DNA of 64,000 nt, from positions 1-64,000 of IMG/VR virus record IMGVR_UViG_3300042559_001081. One strand, 5' to 3'. The notes beneath the pieces were generated by a model. That model saw nothing but the letters and a program-made list of their open reading frames with translations. It did no database searches and was not told the origin of the DNA. Origin of the DNA: an uncultured virus (IMG/VR IMGVR_UViG_3300042559_001081). Taxonomy: Duplodnaviria > Heunggongvirae > Uroviricota > Caudoviricetes. The translations under genes and the position numbers were made by a program. Positions 26,617-35,591 of this stretch are shown in pieces; within the stretch, counting starts at the first letter, position 1; each line of letters begins with the position of its first letter.

Positions 26617-27711
26617 ATGAACTATATTTTTACTAGCGAAAGTGTTAGCGACGGACACCCGGATAAGATTGCAGACCAAATTTCTGACGCACTAGTCGAT
26701 GCTGGATTAAAAGCAGGCGACACTACTACTCGTGTTGCAATCGAGACACTTGTAACTACCAACCACGTTACGTTGGCGGGCGAAGTAAAGAACTTTAATG
26801 TAAGCAAGGACGAAGTAAAAGAAATTGTATGCAATAAAGTTAAAGAGATTGGCTACGAACAGGATGGGTTTCATTGGGATAAACTAAAAATTTACAATGA
26901 AATCCATAGCCAAAGTGCTGATATTGCACTAGGTACAGATACATTCGGTGCAGGCGATCAAGGCATTATGTTTGGTTATGCATGTAATCATACAGATAGT
27001 TACATGCCGGCACCCATTCATTATGCTCATAAAATTTTGCATGAACTCAAAGACCTGCGTAAAACCAACAATATACTCGGGCCCGATGCTAAATCACAAG
27101 TTAGTGTAGAATATAATGGTGCAAGACGTGAGGGTATTATTAAACGTATTGACCAAATTGTTATTAGCACACAACATACAGAAGGTAATGTTAACGAAGC
27201 TCGTGAACTTGCTAAACAAGCTGCATACAATGTATTAGGAGATTTAATTGACGAAAATACAGTATGGCATCTCAATCCTACTGGCAATTTTGTTATCGGT
27301 GGACCCGACGGTGACGCCGGTGTTACTGGACGAAAGATTATCGTTGATACTTATGGCGGCTTTGCTCCTCATGGCGGCGGCGCCTTTAGTGGCAAGGATC
27401 CAACGAAAGTGGATAGAAGTGCAGCGTACATGGCACGATGGTTAGCTAAAAACGTTGTAGCAGACGAAATGGCAGACTGGTGTAATATTCAACTATCATA
27501 TGCTATCGGTGTTAAACAACCTACTAGTATTCTTATTGATAGTAATGGCCATAATCGCAGTATCGAACAGTTTATTCGTAACGAAATTGATTTAAGTCCA
27601 AAAGGTATTATTGATAGATTTGATTTGTTTAACTTTCATAAGTATAGTGAAAATTGTGTATATGGACATTTTGGAGACAAAGATGTGCCGTGGGAAAGAA
27701 TCGGATGGTAA
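26617..27711 (+). CDS. metK: S-adenosylmethionine synthetase
   Basis: FTSESVSDGHPDK, GAGDQG, GGGAFSGKDPTKVDRS. Confidence 0.97.
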   Translation: MNYIFTSESVSDGHPDKIADQISDALVDAGLKAGDTTTRVAIETLVTTNHVTLAGEVKNFNVSKDEVKEIVCNKVKEIGYEQDGFHWDKLKIYNEIHSQSADIALGTDTFGAGDQGIMFGYACNHTDSYMPAPIHYAHKILHELKDLRKTNNILGPDAKSQVSVEYNGARREGIIKRIDQIVISTQHTEGNVNEARELAKQAAYNVLGDLIDENTVWHLNPTGNFVIGGPDGDAGVTGRKIIVDTYGGFAPHGGGAFSGKDPTKVDRSAAYMARWLAKNVVADEMADWCNIQLSYAIGVKQPTSILIDSNGHNRSIEQFIRNEIDLSPKGIIDRFDLFNFHKYSENCVYGHFGDKDVPWERIGW

Positions 27712-27803
27712 TGAAGAAATGTCTTAAAAGAATTACTGGCATAGAATCCGAAGAGCAAGCACTAGAGGCTAGCCGTAAACAGCTCGGAGAAGCTAATCTG
27801 TGA
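27711..27803 (+). pseudogene. 30-aa stub resembling the N-terminus of the 27995 gene
   Basis: MKKCLKRITGIESEEQALEA vs MIKNWLRKITGIDEIKAEAEA. Confidence 0.5.
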
Positions 27804-27967
27804 GTCCAAATATTAAGTTAGATGTACAACTAGACGATATGATAAAGGTGATAAAAGAAGAGGCAATAAATTTAAAAAATGCCGGAGATCATCACCGTTC
27901 ATACATCTTAAAAGAAGCAGCCAATTTCTTAACTGTACAAAAAAGAAATGGTGTTAAAAATATCTAA
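27800..27967 (+). CDS. 55-aa hypothetical protein (GTG start; not in ORF track)
   Basis: GTGA overlap with the stub; SD GGAG; MSPNIKLDVQLDDMIKVIKEEA... Confidence 0.5.
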   Translation: MSPNIKLDVQLDDMIKVIKEEAINLKNAGDHHRSYILKEAANFLTVQKRNGVKNI

Positions 27968-27994
27968 TCTACTAAAAAATTTAAAAGGGATACA

Positions 27995-28426
27995 ATGATA
28001 AAGAACTGGCTTAGAAAAATTACAGGTATTGACGAAATTAAAGCTGAAGCAGAAGCAGCTAAGGCCGATCTTGTTATGCTTGTTGAGCAAAAGAAAAAAC
28101 TAGAAGAAGAATCAGAACTTGCAAAACTCTCTCCTAAAGATCGTGCTACAAGAAAAGAAGAACCATACATATCTGTTATAGATACTAAAATAAATCCAGA
28201 AAACATTCGTAATGGTTTTTTTGAATTGGATTGGAATGAGTATTTTATTAAAGATCTGATAATGAATGGGTATGGAACTGAAGCCGATCCTGAAGAAGAA
28301 ATTGTAGATAGATGGTTTCGTGATATAGTATATCAAATGCTTTCTGATGAAGGGCTTGACACGCAACGCGGTTCCGGCTATATTAACGTAGTTCCAATCG
28401 CTAAAGGCAAATCAGAGGTATCATGA
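27995..28426 (+). CDS. Hypothetical phage protein
   Basis: NIRNGFFELDWNEYF, EEIVDRWF; coupled to the RNase H gene. Confidence 0.75.
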   Translation: MIKNWLRKITGIDEIKAEAEAAKADLVMLVEQKKKLEEESELAKLSPKDRATRKEEPYISVIDTKINPENIRNGFFELDWNEYFIKDLIMNGYGTEADPEEEIVDRWFRDIVYQMLSDEGLDTQRGSGYINVVPIAKGKSEVS

Positions 28427-29421
28427 GCACTTACGTTTTAGTAGACACAGCAAATACTTTTTTTCGAGCACGTCATGTTGTTAAAGGCGATGTCGATACT
28501 AAAGTTGGCATGGCTCTACACATTACCCTTAACAGCATTAAAAAAGCGTGGCTCGACTTTAAAGCCGACCACGTTGTTTTTTGTCTTGAGGGCCGCAGCT
28601 GGCGTAAAGATTTTTATCAACCATACAAACGCAATCGTCAAGAAACTCGAAATGCAATGAGTCCGCGTGAAGCCGAGGAAGATCGTGTGTTTTGGGAAAT
28701 CTTTGATGAGTTTAAAGATTTTGTTACTAACAAAACAAATTGCACAGTGATCCAGAATCCCATTCTTGAAGCTGATGACTTGATTGCTGGATGGATTCAA
28801 AGTCATCCTAACGATCATCATATCATTATTTCAACTGACAGTGACTTTGCACAGTTGGTTACACATAATGTAAAACAATATAATGGCGTTCAAAATACTT
28901 TGATTACACACGAAGGGTATTTTGACGACAAAGGCAAACCAATTAAAGATAAAAAAACAAACGAAATTAAAACTGCTCCTAACCCAGAGTGGATGTTGTT
29001 TGAAAAGTGTATGCGTGGCGACACATCAGACAATGTATTTGCAGCATATCCTGGTGTAAGAACAAAAGGCACAAAAAACAAAGTCGGTCTTACTGAAGCA
29101 TTTGCTGACAAAAAGACTAAAGGCTTTTCGTGGAATAATCTTATGCTACAGCGTTGGGTAGATCACAACAATGTTGAACACCGTGTTATTGATGATTATC
29201 AGCGTAATGTTACACTTTGCGATCTAACTGCACAACCCCTTCATATCAGAGATGAAATTAATAAAACTATTGCTAATGTTATTCCAAAAGATGTTACTCA
29301 AGTTGGAATGAAACTTATGAAATTTTGTGCCAAGTGGGATATGAAAAGAATTGCTGATCAAGCTATTGCATTTAGCGAACCTTTAAATGCAAAATATCCT
29401 AAACAGAAAGAACTACAATGA
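28423..29421 (+). CDS. rnh: T4 RNase H-like 5'-3' exonuclease/flap endonuclease
   Basis: LVDTAN, SWRKDFYQPYKRNR, EADD, STDSDF, GDTSDN. Confidence 0.9.
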   Translation: MSTYVLVDTANTFFRARHVVKGDVDTKVGMALHITLNSIKKAWLDFKADHVVFCLEGRSWRKDFYQPYKRNRQETRNAMSPREAEEDRVFWEIFDEFKDFVTNKTNCTVIQNPILEADDLIAGWIQSHPNDHHIIISTDSDFAQLVTHNVKQYNGVQNTLITHEGYFDDKGKPIKDKKTNEIKTAPNPEWMLFEKCMRGDTSDNVFAAYPGVRTKGTKNKVGLTEAFADKKTKGFSWNNLMLQRWVDHNNVEHRVIDDYQRNVTLCDLTAQPLHIRDEINKTIANVIPKDVTQVGMKLMKFCAKWDMKRIADQAIAFSEPLNAKYPKQKELQ

Positions 29422-29900
29422 AACATCATATTATTGCAAAAGAAATACTGCATGATAAATTTTGGATAGTCGAAGATGAAGGTGTTAGAGTCGGAACGTT
29501 AACCAAAGACGAAAACTCTTTTATATTGTCAAGCAAGGGTGCTATCAGCTTTTACAAAGATGAAAAGCAACTTAAAAAGAAATTTGGAAAAAACTTTCTA
29601 ACAGCTAAGATTACAACGCCTGTATCAAAAAGTGTCGAACACTCTGTACAAGGATATCCTACTAGAGGAGTACCGTATAACAGCATGTTTGATATTTCTC
29701 GAAAGCTTCCGCTTTTTACTAAGAGCGAAAAGTCAAAAAGTGTTTATTGTGCAGGCTATTATCTCATTAAATTTAATGTTAACTGGCTTAAAAGTTTTTG
29801 TCCAAAGCTAATTACTATAGAAAGGAACCAATACATGGGTCCTTATAAAACAGATATAGAAATGAAAGCTGCATTAAGTAATGTCGATAGAACCAATTAA
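29418..29900 (+). CDS. Hypothetical protein
   Basis: ATGA-coupled ORF. Confidence 0.7.
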   Translation: MKHHIIAKEILHDKFWIVEDEGVRVGTLTKDENSFILSSKGAISFYKDEKQLKKKFGKNFLTAKITTPVSKSVEHSVQGYPTRGVPYNSMFDISRKLPLFTKSEKSKSVYCAGYYLIKFNVNWLKSFCPKLITIERNQYMGPYKTDIEMKAALSNVDRTN

Positions 29901-30123
29901 TACAACACCAATAACACAATTTATACAACAAGTTAAAGGTGCCGATTCAAGTAATTCTAAAGATATTAGACTAGACATAGCTACTGCAAAGTCTCTTGCG
30001 TTTACCCTAGGAATTGTAATGGGTAGATTAAATGGCGATTTAGAAAAATTTGTAAAAGAAAACTCGGGTGGAGGTAACGAAAATATAGTTATTTCCATGG
30101 ACGGCGGTAGCAATTGGAACTGA
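29881..30123 (+). CDS. Hypothetical protein
   Basis: Overlapping ORF in the operon. Confidence 0.65.
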   Translation: MSIEPINTTPITQFIQQVKGADSSNSKDIRLDIATAKSLAFTLGIVMGRLNGDLEKFVKENSGGGNENIVISMDGGSNWN

Positions 30124-30129
30124 ATCTGT

Positions 30130-30137
30130 CATAAATA
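30130..30137 (+). promoter_or_regulatory. Late-type promoter CATAAATA
   Basis: Intergenic, upstream of SD GGAG and ATG 30162. Confidence 0.55.
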
Positions 30138-30161
30138 TACGTATATAATACGGAGTATTCC

Positions 30162-30452
30162 ATGAGTAGACCAAAGCCAAGTATATTGCTAGAATTTATA
30201 AACAGTAGAACATACAAGTGTGAGCAAATTTTAAATGCTGATGCAGTGTGGGCAGTATTTTATAAAGGAAAGCCCTTTAATCTAAAAAGTTCAAATTCGT
30301 TAACTAGTTACCCCGGCCCGAAATATAAAAAAACAAGTTTTTCAAATCCTGGACATGCACATAACTTATCAAAAAAGTTAAACAGCATGTTTAAAACTAC
30401 AGACTTTTCCGTGTATAAACTTACAAGCGGCGAAGAAGTTGACGATGAATAA
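30162..30452 (+). CDS. Hypothetical phage protein (MSRPKP...GPKYKKTSFSNPGHA)
   Basis: SD GGAG. Confidence 0.75.
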   Translation: MSRPKPSILLEFINSRTYKCEQILNADAVWAVFYKGKPFNLKSSNSLTSYPGPKYKKTSFSNPGHAHNLSKKLNSMFKTTDFSVYKLTSGEEVDDE

Positions 30453-30843
30453 AAATATATATACAAAAATTTTTTTACAACAATTAGGAAAATCTGTTTC
30501 AGAAGCAGCTATTGCAGAAGCTTTACCTCTGTGGTGGCAAAACACGAGAGATAAAAAAGAAGGCGGGCTCGGGTTAACCGAAACTGGTTTTAATACTGTC
30601 AAAGAAATAGGTATCGAGTTTTACGAAATACCGTTTCCGTTAGATATGCCACTTACTGCACAAGTTATGATATATCTTGATCGATACATAGACAGTCCAT
30701 ATTACTTAACTAAGAAAAGTGTTTTTGTTACAAATGAAAAAAAGGCTGTAGAACTAACACTGTTTAGTGGCGACATCAGAAAGTATGGACTTGCAAAAGC
30801 AATGAGGCGTCCTAGCGAAGATCAGGATGAACATAATTTATAA
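30445..30843 (+). CDS. Hypothetical protein
   Basis: ORF in operon; start 30439 or 30445. Confidence 0.7.
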   Translation: MNKNIYTKIFLQQLGKSVSEAAIAEALPLWWQNTRDKKEGGLGLTETGFNTVKEIGIEFYEIPFPLDMPLTAQVMIYLDRYIDSPYYLTKKSVFVTNEKKAVELTLFSGDIRKYGLAKAMRRPSEDQDEHNL

Positions 30844-31510
30844 TGAAGAAGAAAAAATTCTTATTTGTGCATTAGCACGTTGCGGAACAAACTTTCTTGC
30901 AGATATTGCTCCACATATCAATTATAAAGTTTTAGATGATTATCATCAAATAAAGAATTTTTCTGAATATACTATTGTTAAGATTGTTCGAGAACCAATG
31001 AACAGATTTGTTAGTTGGTGGTATTCTTTTAAAGCAAATCTTTCTAAAACAGAAGATCACCCCCGTGATTGGACCGAAGAAGAAACTAACAACTGGATTG
31101 AAAAATTTAAAGACGAAATGCACTACGACGAACATACCGGATTACAAAGCATTTTATATTTTCAAAATCCTGATTTAAATCATAACAACTTGTTTATAAA
31201 ACTAGAAGATATAGACATTTTCTTAGGATTTTCTGTTGAAAAATATCGATTAAATCGATATGTCGAAGACATGTATAATAATATCCCAATAATGAACAGG
31301 CTTATTAAAACTGTAAAAAGATTTTATAAAAGAGATCTAGAGTGGTATAATAATTTAGATACTAGGATACCGGGAAATTTTCGTTTAAAGTTTTTTTCTG
31401 TCTTGACAAAATTAGACATGGGTGTTATTGATAGAACTCATCCAATGACTATCGACCTCGGCACAATTAAAAACGATTTGGAAATTGATGTCGATTTTGG
31501 TAAATTTTAG
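30827..31510 (+). CDS. Sulfotransferase-like protein
   Basis: ARCGTNF (5'-PSB-like), IVREPMNRFVSWW (3'-PB-like), DEHTGLQ. Confidence 0.6.
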   Translation: MNIIYNEEEKILICALARCGTNFLADIAPHINYKVLDDYHQIKNFSEYTIVKIVREPMNRFVSWWYSFKANLSKTEDHPRDWTEEETNNWIEKFKDEMHYDEHTGLQSILYFQNPDLNHNNLFIKLEDIDIFLGFSVEKYRLNRYVEDMYNNIPIMNRLIKTVKRFYKRDLEWYNNLDTRIPGNFRLKFFSVLTKLDMGVIDRTHPMTIDLGTIKNDLEIDVDFGKF

Positions 31511-31513
31511 TAG

Positions 31514-31560
31514 TTGACTTCACGAGTGTTTTGCATTATGTTACGTATATAGGCACTGAA
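31514..31560 (+). promoter_or_regulatory. Sigma70 promoter plus shared leader TATAGGCACTGAA (copy 1)
   Basis: TTGACT-17-TATGTT; 13-mer at 31548-31560. Confidence 0.7.
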
Positions 31561-31579
31561 CAACACGAAAGGATACAGT

Positions 31580-32662
31580 ATGTCTGACAATACTCGCACC
31601 GTTAGCCCGAACAAGGCTAAGACTGGCATTAAACATGCATTGCTTAAAAAACGTCCAATTTTCCTGTGGGGTCCTCCTGGTATTGGAAAATCCGACGTAG
31701 TTCACCAGATTGGTGAACTTATTGACGCTCACGTTATTGACGTCCGCTTGTCGCTTTGGGAACCTACTGACATCAAAGGTATTCCGTACTTTGATTCCAA
31801 TGAAAGCAAAATGGTTTGGGCACCGCCGAGCGAACTTCCGGACGAAGCTCTTGCTGCAAAACACAAAAATATCATTTTGTTCCTTGACGAAATGAACAGT
31901 GCTGCACCTGCTGTGCAAGCTGCTGCGTATCAGCTGATTCTTAACCGTAAAGTTGGCACTTATCGACTGCCCGACAACGTTATGATTGTTGCTGCCGGTA
32001 ACCGTGAAGCTGACAAAGGTGTTACTTATCGTATGCCGGCGCCGCTTGCTAACCGCTTTGTTCACCTCGAAATGCAGGTTAACTTCGACGACTGGTTCCA
32101 GTGGGCAGTTGACAACAAAATTCACAAAGATGTAGTTGGTTTCCTTAACTTCTCAAAGAAGGACCTCTACGACTTTGATCCTAAATCGCCAAGCCGTTCT
32201 TTTGCAACTCCGCGTTCGTGGTCGTTTGTTAGCGAACTGCTTTCCGATAATCTTGACGACGGTACTACCACTGACCTGGTTGCAGGTGCAGTTGGTGAAG
32301 GACTTGCCGTTAAGTTCATGGCTCACCGCAAGGTTGCTGCTAGTATGCCTGACCCAACTGACATTCTTGCCGGTAAGGTCAAAGAGATGAAGACTAAAGA
32401 AATCAGTGCCATGTATTCCTTGACAGTCTCGCTCTGCTACGAGCTCAAAGATGCATCCGACAAAGGCGATAAGAAGTTTGACGATAAAGTCAACAACTTC
32501 CTTCGGTTTGCGATGGATAATTTCGACACTGAACTTGTTGTAATGGGCATTAAACTTGCTCTTACTCAGTATCAACTGCCGATCGATCCTGATGCTGTTG
32601 AATGCTTTGACGAGTTCCACAATCGCTACGGCAAATACATTAAAGCAGCTCAGTCTGCTTAA
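31580..32662 (+). CDS. MoxR/dynein-related AAA+ ATPase
   Basis: WGPPGIGKS, LFLDEMN, AAGNR, PLANRF, TPRSW. Confidence 0.9.
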   Translation: MSDNTRTVSPNKAKTGIKHALLKKRPIFLWGPPGIGKSDVVHQIGELIDAHVIDVRLSLWEPTDIKGIPYFDSNESKMVWAPPSELPDEALAAKHKNIILFLDEMNSAAPAVQAAAYQLILNRKVGTYRLPDNVMIVAAGNREADKGVTYRMPAPLANRFVHLEMQVNFDDWFQWAVDNKIHKDVVGFLNFSKKDLYDFDPKSPSRSFATPRSWSFVSELLSDNLDDGTTTDLVAGAVGEGLAVKFMAHRKVAASMPDPTDILAGKVKEMKTKEISAMYSLTVSLCYELKDASDKGDKKFDDKVNNFLRFAMDNFDTELVVMGIKLALTQYQLPIDPDAVECFDEFHNRYGKYIKAAQSA

Positions 32663-32672
32663 GGTGAGAAAT

Positions 32673-32704
32673 AAAGTGGGCGGGTTGAACTCCGCCCACT
32701 TTTT
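32673..32704 (+). terminator. Intrinsic terminator
   Basis: AAAGTGGGCGG...CCGCCCACTTT stem followed by a T-run. Confidence 0.85.
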
Positions 32705-32715
32705 CTATCCACTGG

Positions 32716-32761
32716 TTGACATCTAACGTAAATACTGTTACATTACAGTATAGGCACTGAA
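32716..32761 (+). promoter_or_regulatory. Sigma70 extended -10 promoter plus shared leader TATAGGCACTGAA (copy 2)
   Basis: TTGACA-17-TACATT with TG; 13-mer at 32749-32761. Confidence 0.75.
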
Positions 32762-32774
32762 CACGAGGTATACT

Positions 32775-34061
32775 ATGTCTGTTAAACAAACTGCGTCCAA
32801 GACTAAAAAAAACTGGAAGCCTAATCCGAATCTTACAGAAGCAGAACTTAAAAAAATGCGAGAAGATGTTCTCGATCGCATTATTGTTGCTCGAGTTGGA
32901 TTGCTCTTGCGCCATCCGTTCTTTGGTAATATGGCCACTCGACTTCGTATCGAGCCAGCCGATGACTGGCTTCCTACTGCGGCAACTGACGGGCGTCATC
33001 TTTACTTTAACACTCAGTTCTTTAATGCTATGGACAATAAAGAAATTGAGTTTGTTATTGCACACGAAATTCTTCACTGTGTATACGATCACCTTACTCG
33101 TCGTGAAAGCAGAGATCCTAAACTTTACAACATCGCAGCAGACTACGTTGTAAACAACTTGCTGGTCCGTGACCGAATTGGTGCTAAACCCAAGGTTGTT
33201 GATTGTTTCCAAGATTTTAAATATGACAAGTGGACTTCAGAAGAAGTTTACGACGATCTATTTAAGAACGCTAAGAAGATCGATCTTGATTCGCTCGGCG
33301 AATTGCTCGATGAGCATATTGACTGGAACGACGAGGATGATAGCGACAACGACGGCGACAAAGAGGGTAAGGGCGGCAGACCGCGTTTGAGTAAAGAAGA
33401 TTTGCGTCAGATTCGTGACGAAATCAAAGAAGCAATGATTCAAGCTGCCCAAAGTGCTGGTGCTGGTAACGTTCCTGGAGAAATTCAGCGAATGATTAAA
33501 GAGCTAACAGAGCCAAAAATGAATTGGCGTCAACTGTTGCGTCAGCAAATCCAGAGCACTATTCGTAATGACTACACTTTTGCTCGACCGTCTCGCAAAG
33601 GTTGGCATACCGGTGCTGTATTGCCAGGTATGAACTTCGACCAACAAATTGACATTTGTGTGTCTATTGACATGTCAGGTTCTATTAGCAACGAACAAGG
33701 ATCCGACTTCCTTGGCGAGATCAAAGGTATTATGGAAGAATTTAAAAGCTATAATATCAAGGTTTGGTGTTTCGATACTAAGGTTTACAACGAAGATGAC
33801 TTTAGTGCAGACAACGGCAAAGACATCAGCGAATATCAGGTTGTTGGCGGTGGCGGCACCGACTTTGAATGCAACTGGGCATACATGAAGAAACATGATA
33901 TTCAGCCTAAAAAGTTTATCATGTTTACTGATGGATATCCGTTTGGTAGCTGGGGTGATGAATCCTATTGCGATACAATCTTCATTATCCACAGCAATCA
34001 TAATAAAAATCTCGAAGCACCGTTCGGCATTACTGCCCACTACGAGAAAGCAAATGGCTAA
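32775..34061 (+). CDS. Metallopeptidase-like plus VWA domain protein (DUF2201-like), MoxR partner
   Basis: TAATDG, AHEILH, MIDAS DMSGS, GGGTDF, FTDG. Confidence 0.88.
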   Translation: MSVKQTASKTKKNWKPNPNLTEAELKKMREDVLDRIIVARVGLLLRHPFFGNMATRLRIEPADDWLPTAATDGRHLYFNTQFFNAMDNKEIEFVIAHEILHCVYDHLTRRESRDPKLYNIAADYVVNNLLVRDRIGAKPKVVDCFQDFKYDKWTSEEVYDDLFKNAKKIDLDSLGELLDEHIDWNDEDDSDNDGDKEGKGGRPRLSKEDLRQIRDEIKEAMIQAAQSAGAGNVPGEIQRMIKELTEPKMNWRQLLRQQIQSTIRNDYTFARPSRKGWHTGAVLPGMNFDQQIDICVSIDMSGSISNEQGSDFLGEIKGIMEEFKSYNIKVWCFDTKVYNEDDFSADNGKDISEYQVVGGGGTDFECNWAYMKKHDIQPKKFIMFTDGYPFGSWGDESYCDTIFIIHSNHNKNLEAPFGITAHYEKANG

Positions 34062-34338
34062 AAAAGAAAGTGTTAATCCACTTAATGTTTTAGATGCAAG
34101 GAGGGTAGATTTCTGCCCTCCTTATTTTGAATCAACAACTATTGCACCAACTTATAACTTAGCAAAAGCGTTGGATGAGTGGATATACGAAAACTTATCC
34201 GGTAGATACTACATCGGATCTGCTGTTGATCTAGAAAGTTCTAGACCTTTTAAATCTAAGATTAAAATAGGATTTGAAAATCCTACAGAAATGAGTTTTT
34301 TCATGTTGGCTTGTCCAATTCTGAAATACAACAAATAA
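34054..34338 (+). CDS. Hypothetical protein
   Basis: Start re-assigned to MAKKESVNPLN, overlapping the previous stop. Confidence 0.7.
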   Translation: MAKKESVNPLNVLDARRVDFCPPYFESTTIAPTYNLAKALDEWIYENLSGRYYIGSAVDLESSRPFKSKIKIGFENPTEMSFFMLACPILKYNK

Positions 34339-34373
34339 TTTAAAAATATATAATATACAAGGAGAAATACAAA

Positions 34374-34613
34374 ATGTCTACACAAAAACCAGAAACCAAC
34401 CCTACCGATCTAAACATCCAAGATCTTGCAACTATGAAAAGTATCATCGAAATTGCAAGCGAACGCAGTGCATTTAAGCCTGCTGAGATGGCTGCGGTTG
34501 GTATTGTTTATAACAAACTCGACATGTTTTTAAAAGCTGTTGAAGAACAACAAAAGCAAGCACAAGCTGCCGCTGCACAAGCGACACCTGCTGCTACCGA
34601 GGAAAGCGAATAA
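34374..34613 (+). CDS. Hypothetical protein
   Basis: SD AAGGAG. Confidence 0.75.
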   Translation: MSTQKPETNPTDLNIQDLATMKSIIEIASERSAFKPAEMAAVGIVYNKLDMFLKAVEEQQKQAQAAAAQATPAATEESE

Positions 34614-35224
34614 TGGCTAATTTAAAACATGTAGGACGTTTAAAAAACAACAAAAAAAGAACGATTGTAGCCTACAGAACCTTGCCTGGAGATCCGTACA
34701 GTTGTTTGGTTGTTCTTACGGAATCTTTGCCAGCTGATGAACACGATGTGTTAATTAAGTTGGTAGAATCGCCTGCTGGGCAACAAGCAAATGAGCTTGC
34801 CGAAGCAATGGCAAGGTCGTATCTACCGGATGGCAGAAACATGCTTGCTGGATTTCATGCCACCGGTAAATTAAAAAAATTACGCACAGTTGATGTTGAA
34901 ATGACTCCTGATACAAAAAGTGTAGTCGGGCTAGATCAGCTAAATGAACTCATTGCAACTCAGCGTGGTATTGCAATCGAGGATCTTGCTATAAAGCCTA
35001 CTAATCAGGCACCGGCTGCTAAACCAGAGAAAGTATCCGAAGCGGTTCAAGAGTTTGAACAAATTCCCGACAACAATCAACATGTAGTTCTTACAGACGA
35101 AGAACGTGCTACACAACTTAGGGGTCAAGCCGACAGGTTGTATAAGGAAGCTAAACGTTTGAGAGATGAGGCTGAAGAAATTTCCCCGACTAAGAAAAAG
35201 GCAAGCTCTAAAGAAAGTGTCTAA
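34613..35224 (+). CDS. Hypothetical phage protein
   Basis: TAATG-coupled; MANLKHVGR. Confidence 0.75.
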   Translation: MANLKHVGRLKNNKKRTIVAYRTLPGDPYSCLVVLTESLPADEHDVLIKLVESPAGQQANELAEAMARSYLPDGRNMLAGFHATGKLKKLRTVDVEMTPDTKSVVGLDQLNELIATQRGIAIEDLAIKPTNQAPAAKPEKVSEAVQEFEQIPDNNQHVVLTDEERATQLRGQADRLYKEAKRLRDEAEEISPTKKKASSKESV

Positions 35225-35534
35225 GAAAAAAATAACACATACTGAGCATAGCGAAGAGCATTGGCAGGAAATATTTGACTCTATTGACATGGAGTATCTT
35301 CCTTTAGAATACATTAATCGTATTGTTATTACATTTCAAGACGGTGCTGTTTGGGATATTGATATCGACGACAGTAGAAAAAAACAACCTATCGAATACA
35401 TAGAAGATCAACTTGATCAACTATTTGAAGAATACGATACAAAAATTGAAACTATAGACTTTAGATTAGATTTAGAACGTGTTAAAAACGACCTAAGTAA
35501 AAGAGTATATAGATTTCTCAAATTGAATAAGTGA
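35217..35534 (+). CDS. Hypothetical acidic protein (GTG start)
   Basis: HWQEIFDSIDMEYLPLEYI. Confidence 0.65.
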   Translation: MSKKKITHTEHSEEHWQEIFDSIDMEYLPLEYINRIVITFQDGAVWDIDIDDSRKKQPIEYIEDQLDQLFEEYDTKIETIDFRLDLERVKNDLSKRVYRFLKLNK

Positions 35535-35537
35535 TTC

Positions 35538-35584
35538 ATCCCCTAGTGTGATAAATATATATAATTAATATCACACTAGGGGAT
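35538..35584 (+). promoter_or_regulatory. 16-bp perfect inverted repeat enclosing a late promoter and sequestering the SD of the fibre gene
   Basis: ATCCCCTAGTGTGATA / TATCACACTAGGGGAT; GATAAATA at 35550-35557; AGGGGA in right arm; ATG 35592. Confidence 0.8.
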
Positions 35585-35591
35585 TTCTAAT

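Noticed and set aside
26132..26620. 162-aa alternative-frame ORF inside queE
   Set aside because: Overlaps queE almost entirely; at most its last 28 codons (from ATG 26534) could be a coupling peptide to metK, with no independent support
31403..31431. TTGACA-17-TATTGA promoter-like sequence inside the sulfotransferase-like ORF
   Set aside because: The -10 lacks the conserved final T, and a better promoter lies at 31514
391..35314. Many minus-strand ORFs of 60-194 aa (e.g. 31541-32125, 32640-33212, 32153-32620)
   Set aside because: Antisense shadows of well-supported + strand genes, with no motifs or SD; longer ones occur where the sense genes are GC-richer
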